Origin: Octopus vulgaris
Lineage: Eukaryota
Length of the DNA stretch: 64,000 nucleotides
Reading direction: 5' to 3'
NCBI GenBank assembly: GCA_951406725.2
Contig: OX597834.1
Coordinates: 31,558,001-31,622,000 of the forward strand
The notes beneath the pieces were generated by a model. The model made no database searches. It saw only the letters and a program-made list of their open reading frames with translations, and was not told the origin of the DNA. Below are positions 53,779 to 64,000 of this stretch, one piece after another (the stretch's first letter is position 1; each line of letters opens with the position of its first letter). A program made the position numbers and the translations under genes.

Positions 53779-54086
53779 GATGTCACACAGTATACAATAT
53801 CATGAGATTGTAGATTGAAGATATAGTATCTACCGGGTGTTTGTACTGTTTTGTCAAGTCACAACAAGGACCTCAGACAGACAGTACTTTACACAATAAG
53901 CTTGCACTTCCAAATAATGCCGAATTTTGCAATACACCTAGATTGTAGGGTATTTCTAAAGTTTCCAGGTGTTTTTTCACACCTGCGTGGTATTGAACCC
54001 AATGCTCCACGACAATAGGGATAACCTTTATGTTCGCCTCTCATAGATGCCTCATCTTAGCGATCACAATTCCCAGGTCGCCATAT
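53779..54086 (-). mobile_element. Third R4/Dong-type 3' end, disrupted
   Basis: YGDLGIVIAKM...KVIPIVV(G)ALGSIP...LQNSALFGSASLLCKVLSV*, with a stop and frameshifts; UTR ends at (TAA)n 53762-53778. Confidence 0.7.
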
Positions 54087-54245
54087 TCATCATCATCATC
54101 ATCATCATCGTTTAACGTCCGTTTTCCATGCTAGCATGGGTTGGACGGTTCAACTGGGGTCTGGGAAGCCAGAAGGCTGCATCAGGCCCAGTCTGATCTG
54201 GCAGTGTTCCTACAGCTGGATGCCCTTCCTAACACCAACCACTCC
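54087..54245 (-). mobile_element. Family B repeat
   Basis: (CAT)n CGTTTAACGTCCGTTTTCCATGCTAGCATGGG...GGATGCCCTTCCTAAC. Confidence 0.9.
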
Positions 54246-54263
54246 ATCACCATATTATTATTA

Positions 54264-54297
<34 letters not shown>

Positions 54298-54324
54298 CGT
54301 TGTTGTTGTTGTTGTTATTGTGAA

Positions 54325-54580
54325 GGTGCATGGCCTAGTGGTTAGGGTGTTGCACTCACGATCATGAGGTCTTGGTTTCAATTCCTAGACCAGGCAATGT
54401 ATTGTGTTCTTGAGCAAAACACTTCGTCTCATGTTCCTCTGTGATCACTTCAATACCTGTGCATCTGTTCAAACTACATTGATTTGATGGAAGGAGTCAA
54501 CTAATGAAAGGAGGTGACACAAACACCTGATCACTATAAACGAACCATTTGTACAGGTCATTCGGCAAAAAACTGAATGT
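54325..54580 (+). mobile_element. SINE family E variant
   Basis: GCATGGCCTAGTGGTTAGG...GGTTTCAATTCC...GTGTTCTTGAGCAAAACACTT. Confidence 0.7.
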
Positions 54581-54907
54581 TCATACACGTTCTTTGAGAG
54601 GAAAGTCCATCCGTATTATTACATAAAATCTGTGTGTATATATGTATTCAGTTTTCCTAATCCAGAAATGCTGCGATTTTGTATTAAGGACCACTTCGTA
54701 GATTTTCATGGAAAAATTTGGATTTTTTTTTTGATATATAATAAATTTGTACAAAGCTTTATATCTATGTATGCTTGCATGTATCATCATCATCACCATC
54801 ACCATCCTCATCATCCTCATCGTCTATTTTTATACAATATTATAAATATATATATGTATATATATACATACATGTATATATATATATATAGTAATATATA
54901 TAGTAAA

Positions 54908-54976
<69 letters not shown>

Positions 54977-55067
54977 TACATACATATGTTATTTTGGTTG
55001 AGTCAGTCTCTTGCTACTCTGAGTTTTGCCTGTGGGTGCATAGGGTCTTCAGGCAAGTTACAACATA

Positions 55068-55125
<58 letters not shown>

Positions 55126-56959
55126 CATACATACATACATACATACATACATACATACATACATACATACATACATACATGTATATATATATATAGTAAG
55201 ATATATATATATATAGTAATATATATATATATATATATATGTATGCATGAATGCATTCATGTGTGTATATATATATGTGTGTGTGTGTGTGTATATACAT
55301 ATATATATGTATTTTTTAAAGACTTTTTTTCTATAATTAATTTTCAATTTAAGAAAATCTTTTTTTTCAAATTCTGTGACTGTACAAAGAAATTTATCTA
55401 CAAAATTTACGCACACACACACACATGTATACATATATGTAAGTAATTGTGTGTGTGTGTGTATATAGTTGTATGTATGTATGTATGTATGTATGTGTGT
55501 GTGTGTATGTGTGTCTGTGCATAAGTGCATAGATGTATGTGTGCAGAATATCTTTTATTTGTAAAGCACCATTAATTATTCTTGTGGTTTCCCTCTCCGC
55601 CATCCTTTGTCGTTCAAGACTCTCCCCGCTCCCAGAGGAAATGTTATTCCTATATTATATTTTTACAGAGAGGTGGTGGTAGTGGTGGTGGTGGTGGATG
55701 GTGGTAGTGTTGGTGGTGGTGGTGGATGGTGGTGGTGGTGGTGGTGGTGGTGGTGGATGTTGGAGGATGGTGGTGGTGGTGGTGGTGAAGGTAGTGATGA
55801 TGGTGGTGGTGGTGGTGGTGAAGGTAGTGATGGTGGTGGTGGTGGTGGTGGTGGTGGTGGTGGTAGATGTGGTGATGGTGGTGGTGGTGTTGGATGTTGG
55901 AGGATGGTGGTGGTGGTGGTGGTGGTGAAGGTAGTGATGATGGTGGTGGTGGTGGTGGTGGTGGTGGTGAAGGTAGTGATGATGGTGGTGGTGGCGGCAT
56001 ATGTGCTGGGGAGGATGAGGAAGGTTGCTTTCTTTCTTTCTTTCTATATTTTTTAAGGTGCGGTGAGAGGTGTATAATTTGGGGGATTGGAGGGAGAGCC
56101 TTCTCTACTCTGTCTTGTTGTTGTTATTCATCTTTTTGTTCTTATTCTCCTCCCTTTGGCTTTTTTCTATTCTTATTATGGAATTTGGCGGATTTTTTCT
56201 ATTTTCTTTTTATTGTTTTCTTGAACTTATTATTATAATCATCTTCATTGTCATCGTCGTTGTCGTTGTCGTCGTCGTCATCATCATCATTGCTATTTTC
56301 ATTAGCCTCATCATCACTTTTGATGTCTGTGTCTGCCTATCTGTATGTTAGTAGCACATCTCTGTCTGTCCTCTCCCCTCCTCATTTTCATCATCACCAT
56401 CAGCTTCATCTTCATTTTCAATACTTATCTGTCTTCTTTTTCTTCTCCTCCTCCTCATCATCATCACCATCACCATCACCATCATCATCGTCGTCATTAT
56501 CATCATCATCATCATCATCCTCCTCCTCCTCCTCATCATCATCATCATGATCATCATCCTCATCATCATCATCATCATTGTAGGAATTTGTACTCTGAAG
56601 TCAAATCCCACCAAGGACTATTTTTCCATTCATTCCCTCCAGGGTCAATAAAATAAAGTACCGGTGAAGTACTGTGGGGATTGACATAACCCGTTCAACA
56701 CCCTCTCTCTAAAATTGCTACTTTTCTGTCCAAATTAGAAGCAATTTTAAAAACTGTAAGCTGGCAGTGAAATGTTAGAGTGTCAACAAAAATGCTTTGC
56801 AGTGTTTGATCTGACTATTCACATTCTCAGTTCAAATCCTGCAAGGTCAGCTTTGCCTTTCATCCTGGGGTTTGAGTAATCGATTTGCCCTCTCAACATT
56901 GCTGGCCTGTGTCAAAGGGAGAAAGAATTAGTATTATTGGGATGAGGTGGGGAAGCATG

Positions 56960-57548
56960 ACCGTTGAACACTGGGCCTCACAGAGGCAATGACAAGAGAC
57001 CGAGACCTCTTGATATATGCTGTAATTGAGAAGACCCAGCAAGTAAAGTGGGATTACAGTCTATACCGGTGTCACATAACCAGCTCATTTAAAAGTACCC
57101 TTGAATCATTGGGAAATATGCTGTGCTTGAGTCAAATAAAATCGAAAATCAAAATCTAAAGCAAATCAAGATAGAAATCAAAATGAAAATTGTAGTTGTG
57201 GCTGATGCCAGTGCCACCTGACTGGCTTCCATGCTGGTGGCACGTAATAAGCACCATTCAAGCATGGGTCGATGGCAGTGCTGCCTGACTGGCTCCCTAT
57301 GCTGGTGGCATGTAAAATGCACCATCTGAATGTGGTTGATGCCAGTGCTACTTGACTGGCACCCCTGCCAGTGGCACATTAAAAGTACCCACTACACTAT
57401 TGGAGTGGTTGGCATTAGGAAGGGCATTCAGCTGTAGAAACCTTGCCAGATCAGATTGGAGCCTGGTGCAGCCTACTGGTTTGCCAGTCCCCAGTCAAAC
57501 CGGCAACCTATGCCAGCATGGAAAATGGACATTAAACGATAATGATGA
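56960..57548 (+). mobile_element. Longest family B copy, with extra 5' region
   Basis: Three tandem units, body and tail, preceded by ~230 bp mostly absent from other copies; GAAAATTGTAGTTGTG matches 46384-46398. Confidence 0.75.
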
Positions 57549-58709
57549 TTGTTATTATTGTTATTATTATTATTATTATTATGTGAGAGAGCAGTGCATG
57601 CCATCAAAGTGACACTGGGGTAAAAATATACAAAGCCCAGTATACCCATCGTGACTACCCATCTGATAAGGGTACACCAGGCACATACATCACAACCATA
57701 TGTGCGTGACATGGTGATCTTATATCAAGATAAACAGCGCATGACCTTGCAGGTGGGGCCCAGTTAGAATTTTCTTCTGGTCAAGTAACCCATCCCGCTC
57801 AAAAGGTCCCTGAACAAGGATTGTTTAAGGATGTTGAACGAAACACCCATGTTTCCAGAGGTGACTTATTCAAACCCCAAAGAATCCCTCTTAACACATG
57901 GCTATGATGCTCCCCCACTACTTCTGCTTGTGATCAGAGATGCACATATATCGTCAGCCACAAAGGGACATGCTCAACTGGTTATGGTCAAACAACTGAC
58001 AAGCAAATCTGTGGTATTGAGCAGAATATTTTGCTGTAGCCCATCTTTTATACCAAGACAAAGCAATGTACATGATAACACTTCCAATAAGGCAGCAACC
58101 TGACAGAAATATTAGCACACCAGTTGTTGGGTGTATGGCAGAGATGGTTATCAGCTGTTGTTGGGTGTAGGGCAGAGATGGTTTTCAGCTGAGTTCATCG
58201 TGAGGATTACCCCATTACCTTCTTTTGGTCAGGAAAGGTAAGCAGTTTTCCTCTGTTTGGCGGCTATGGAAAAAGAGGTAGTGTAATAGATGAGGTCAAG
58301 CCCTCATCATCTTTTCAAGTTCCACTTGGAAAGGAAAGTGACATTGGAGAGGGAAGCACTGCACTCCAATATTTTTATTGAAAGGTGAGTGAATGTGGTC
58401 AGGATGGCCTGTATGAATGAGTGTACTCTGAACATATGCTTGTAGGCCGGTGGGGATGAAGAGAAGAGAGGTACTTGTCTGGGCTGCACAGCTGGGGTGC
58501 CCTTGATAATTAGGGTGACCAGGATGTGTGGGGTTCTTTCGTTGGGGAAATTTTATTGTTTCAGTTTTTGTTGTCAATTGTTTTATTGTATACATGCTTT
58601 TTTTTTTTGCTCAGCACAATTTTTATCCCTTATTTTCTGTCTTCCTTTTTTGCTTTGTGTTCTGCCCTTGAGGATAATAAAGTAAAGATTTTTATTATCT
58701 TCATCATCA

Positions 58710-58767
<58 letters not shown>

Positions 58768-58985
58768 GGTGGCGAGCTGGCAGAATCGTTAGCAGGCCAG
58801 GCGAAATGCTTAGCAGTATTTTGTCTGCCACTATGTTCTGAATTCAAATTCCACTGGGGTCGAATTAGCTTATCATCATTTCAGGGTCAATAGATTAAGT
58901 ACCAATCAAGTACTGGGGTCGATGTGATCAACTTGCCCCCATTCCCCCAAAATTTCAGGCACTGTGCCTACCGTAGAAAGGACTA
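58768..58985 (+). mobile_element. SINE family C between (ATT)n tracts
   Basis: GGTGGCGAGCTGGCAGAATCGTTAGC...TTAAGTACC...CTGGGGTCGATG...GTAGAAAGGG. Confidence 0.85.
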
Positions 58986-58991
58986 TTATTA

Positions 58992-59037
<46 letters not shown>

Positions 59038-59489
59038 GTTCAAACTCCACAAAGTCCATTTTCACCTTTCATCCTTTTGCGATGTCGATAACATAAAATA
59101 TTCATCAAGCAAAAGGATTGAATTAAATGACTAACTTCTCCACAAAATTTCTGGCTTTGTGTTAATGTTAGAAATCACTATTATTATTATGATTATTATT
59201 ATGATTATTATTAATATTATTATTATTATTGTTGTTGTTGTTGTTGTTTTATTATCCTCATCTTTCTCTTTTCTTCTTCTTCTTCTTCATCATCCTCATC
59301 ATTATTATCATTCATTATAATTAGTATTTTATTATCATTATTGTTGTTGTTGCTGCTGTTGTTGTTGTTGTTATTGTCATTTTTTTTCGGCCTGCAGTCA
59401 TTTTCATTGCCACCTAATTGTCTATTACAATTGCATATGCTGTAGTGCTCTCTCCCTACATATATATATATATATATACATACATACAA

Positions 59490-59548
<59 letters not shown>

Positions 59549-59818
59549 TATACACACACAAATATATCTATCTATATATATATATATATACATATATGTG
59601 TGTGTGTGTGTAAGTGCATATACATACATTTATACATATATATATATATGTATGTAAACACAAACATATATATATATTATCACACGCTCTAAATTTCTTC
59701 CCCATCCCTCTGTCACCCATCACCACACACACACACACACACCTATTTTCTAACTCTGTTCCTCTATTCTGCTTCCTTCTTCATCTTACTTACTTCCCCC
59801 CCGACCACCACCTCGTCA

Positions 59819-59853
<35 letters not shown>

Positions 59854-59978
59854 GTTCTCTTCCTTTCTATCTCTCTCTCTTCCAACAGAATTCCAGTGCT
59901 TTACAATACTGGCAATTTTACTACATTGCCTGCTGCTAATTAAGAAACCAACAGAAACAGACATGCTTGCATTGTATA

Positions 59979-60052
<74 letters not shown>

Positions 60053-60182
60053 TACATATACATACATATACTGCACATAAATACATAAATATAATATATA
60101 TGTGAAAAGTGGAACAGAAATTGAAGAGCAGATGACGTATATTTACATTCATACATATATACATACATACATACATACATAC

Positions 60183-60230
<48 letters not shown>

Positions 60231-60272
60231 TACATTTATATACATATATATATGCACATATATATGACACAC

Positions 60273-60373
<101 letters not shown>

Positions 60374-60859
60374 TACATATGTATAGTGATATGTCTCTGT
60401 ATGCCAGTATTCATTTATGTATACATGTGTGCATGTGTTCGTGACAATGTGTATGTGCTGAATATCTACCTACATTTCTGTGTGTGTGTTTGTGTGTGTG
60501 TATGTGTGTGTGTGTGGACAGCACAATAGAAAAAATTCACACATGAACATATGTACACATTGTACACACACACACACATCTTTGCATATGCAGACACATG
60601 TATATACATCCATTTGGCTACTTATCTCATTAATTCTATTCTTAGCACTGTCAGGTCACTGAATACTGGGTCTTTGAATACACTTGTACCACATTCCTGG
60701 CAACAGCACCTGGTAATTGTACTTTTCCAGACTACATTTAGACTTCATATGTTAAAATCAGATGTTCAAATTGGGAGATGCCTCTTCACTTAACCAATTA
60801 TATACGTATCTAATTATCTAGATATATATCCACCTACAGTTATATTCAGATATTCTTTA

Positions 60860-61390
60860 ATTATTTTACTTGTTTCAGTCATTTGATTAAAGATTTTAGT
60901 AGAATAAATTGACCCCAGGACTTATGCTTTGTAAGCCTAGTACTTATTCCATTGGTCTCTTTTGCTGAACCTCTAGGTTATGGGGATGTAAATACATCAA
61001 CATATATAGCAGACTTCTTTCAGTTTCCATTTACCAAATCCACTAATAAGGCTTTGGCTGGCTTAAGGCTATAGTAGAAGACACCCACCCAAGGTGCCAC
61101 GCAGTAGGACTGAACTTGGAACCATGTGGTTGGGAAGTAAGCTTCTTATCACACAGCCTCGCCTGCACATATATTCTTTTATTCTTTTATTTGTTTCAGT
61201 CATTTTATTGTGGCCATGCTTCAGCACTGCCTTTAGTCAAACAAATCAAAACCAGGACTTACTGTTTGTAAGCCTAGTACTTATTCTATCAGTCTCTTTT
61301 GCGGAACTGCTAATTTACAGGGTTGTAAACACACTAACATTGGTTGTCAAGTGATGGTGGGGGGACAAACACAGACATACAAATACATAC
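60860..61390 (-). mobile_element. Two adjacent SINE family A copies
   Basis: 60860-61168 is near full with deletions; 61170-61390 is a 3' half. Confidence 0.8.
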
Positions 61391-61392
61391 AT

Positions 61393-61766
61393 GTAAGTAG
61401 CTTGCTAACCAACCACATGGTTCCAGGTTCAGTCCCACTGCGTGGCATCTTGGGCAAGTGTCTTCTGCTATAGCCCCGGACCGACCAAAGCCTTGTGAGT
61501 GGATTTGGTTGAGAGAAACTGAAAGAAGCCTGTCGTATATATGTATATATATGTATATGTATGTGTCTGTGTTTGTCCCCCTAGCATTGCTTGACAACCG
61601 ATGCTGGTGTGTTTATGTCCCCGTCACTTAGCGGTTCGGCAAAAGAGACCGATAGAATAAGTACGAGGCTTACAAAGAATAAGTCCCGGGGTCGAGTTGC
61701 TCGACTAAAGGCGGTGCTCCAGCATGGCCGCAGTCAAATGACTGAAACAAATAAAAGAGTAAAGAG
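61393..61766 (+). mobile_element. SINE family A, young
   Basis: Near-identical to 9898-10270. Confidence 0.9.
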
Positions 61767-62140
61767 TATATATAATGTACTGATCCATGATAGAAAATTC
61801 AACAAAGAAAGTACTGCATCTGGTGAGAGATAAATATTATTTATTTAAAGGCCACAATACATGTATTAAAGTGCTACTAATAGTTTCATATGTTGAGAGA
61901 ACTCAAACATATTCTTCAGGTGCAAACCACGTATCATAATGAACTAAACAAATTGAATAAACGCAATGAAACTGAGAAGGCCTTTCCAGGTTCATCACAT
62001 TTCTTCTATTTATTCAGTTATTTAGAAGGCACTTGCCCGAGGTGCCTCATAGTAGGACTGAACCCAGAACCATGTGGTTGGGAAGCAAGCTTCTTACAAC
62101 ACAGCCACTCCTGCACATATATGTATATACGTTATTTTTA

Positions 62141-62181
<41 letters not shown>

Positions 62182-62264
62182 TATAAATACTATATAGTCA
62201 AATATACATACATATATATAAATATATTTGTAGAAAAAGGGATATACATACATACTTATATGTA

Positions 62265-62296
<32 letters not shown>

Positions 62297-62784
62297 CACA
62301 TATATATATGCCTGCATTTAGATATGTGTGGAGTTGGGAGCTGTATGTATGTATGTATATCCTTGCTTTGGAGCTCATATCTTGAACCTCTGATAAATTT
62401 GAAAATAAGTTCTGTTCTGAAATTTCTAAAATGCACAGCAAAATGCACCCAATACACCCTGGAAAGTGATTTGTAATTAAATGGATGCAAGGTAGTGCAG
62501 GGGCAATGTTTAAGCCATATTGAGGACTTGATGCCTACTGTGGCATGGGTAACTGTTTAAAATGCAACCTGTGCACTCCTCTGTAAAGTGGCCAACATTA
62601 ACAAAGGCACCCTGCTATTAAAAATCAGGTCAAAAGGGCAAACGTGTGAGTGGGATGAGGACCTCTAATTCATCCATGAAGACAATGCTCCAAATATGGA
62701 GCAAAGAATGGAATCAGGTCTTGACAACCTGATTATTACATGCTTGCATGCAAAGCAGACATAAATGTTACTATTGGTTTCATG

Positions 62785-63163
62785 CTCTTTTACTTGTTTC
62801 AGTCATTTGGCTGTGGCCATGCTGGAGCAAATCGACCTCAGGACTTATTCTATGTAAGCCTAGTACTTATTCTATCGGTCTCTTTTACCGAACCGTTAAG
62901 TTACGGGGACATAAACACACCAGCATCGGTCAAGTGATGTTGTGGGGACAAACACAGACACAAACTCATACACACACATACATATATATATACATATATA
63001 CGACGAGCTTCTTTTAGTTTCCATGTACCAAATCCACTCACAAGGCTTTGGTCGACCCGAGGCTATAGCAGAAGACACTTACCCAAGGTGCCACGCAGTG
63101 GGACTGAACCCAGAACCATGTGGTTGATAAGCAAGCTACTTACCACACAGCCACTCCTACGCC
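62785..63163 (-). mobile_element. SINE family A
   Basis: Reverse complement from the head (GGCGTAGGAGTGGCTGTGTGG) to the tail. Confidence 0.9.
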
Positions 63164-63753
63164 TATGCTGTAAAAAAAAAAAGCTTGTATAGCATTCCTT
63201 TATGTTTTCAAGCAATCTTTCAGACTCAAATATACAACATGGCTGGTCACTTCTGAACAAAATGACAAAGGAATCTGGTCTTTGAAAGAAAAACAAAAAC
63301 AAAAACAGGAAGGGATGCTGAACTAATTTACACACCGACCCTATTAATTCTTATTTGAATCAACAAAACTGTTGTGTCGATGGCCCCAGACAATGAAGTA
63401 GGCTAGCCCAATACATAGATATAGAGGGAGAAGTCTAGACATCGAGGAATTGAGTAGAGGTCATCCAAATGTGTGATATAACTGTGGCGACGAGGATGAG
63501 ATGCTCACACAGCCATTGTGTAGTATTGCGATATAACAAAAACGATGTAACTTTTCATCTTGTTTCTTTTTTTCTTTCTCTTTTTTCCTCGTTACACTTA
63601 TTTTTTTTTTTTGTTTGTCCTTTCTCATTTCTTGTCCCAAAGACAAATGTCCTTTGTCATTTTCTTTCAAAAATAACTGGTCAAGTGGAAAAAAAATCTG
63701 TTTTGGAAACCTTCAATTAAAGAGGATGAATCCACATTCAACCTTTATACACC

Positions 63754-63893
<140 letters not shown>

Positions 63894-63949
63894 GTAAATC
63901 CCCAAAAAAAACAAGGACCGATAATGCAAAGACGTGGTATATATGTATA

Positions 63950-64000
63950 CCTATTTCTTTACTGCCCACAAGGGGCTAAACACAGAGAAGACAAACAAGG
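63950..64000 (-). mobile_element. SINE family C 3' tail, cut by the window edge
   Basis: Reverse complement CCTTGTTTGTCTTCTCTGTGTTTAGCCCCTTGTGGGCAGTAAAGAAAT matches 14521-14568. Confidence 0.8.

Overview
Eukaryotic, AT-rich, microsatellite-saturated genomic DNA. The SINE families and simple-repeat load match what I recall of Octopus (coleoid cephalopod) genomes; this is an inference, not a database result. Only one convincing host coding exon was found (15838-16004, +, 167 nt, protein unidentified), so the window is probably two very large introns. Nearly all listed ORFs are artefacts of (TA)n, (CA)n, (CAT)n, (GGT)n and (CT)n tracts. The rest is at least five SINE or SINE-like families, 5'-truncated LINE ends (R4/Dong-type, CR1, RTE), TTAA/piggyBac-like and Tc1/mariner-like MITEs, and Penelope-like (PLE) remnants. 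Most notable: (1) a tRNA-headed SINE-like element whose 3' part holds a minimal type I hammerhead ribozyme motif, visible only after removing a nested SINE via its 16-bp target-site duplication; (2) a second near-canonical hammerhead inside inverted repeats; (3) three different R4/Dong-type ends that all terminate at (TAA)n; (4) several long hairpins; (5) MITEs nested at an internal TTAA. Repeat boundaries were read by eye and are approximate unless a TSD or TIR is given.
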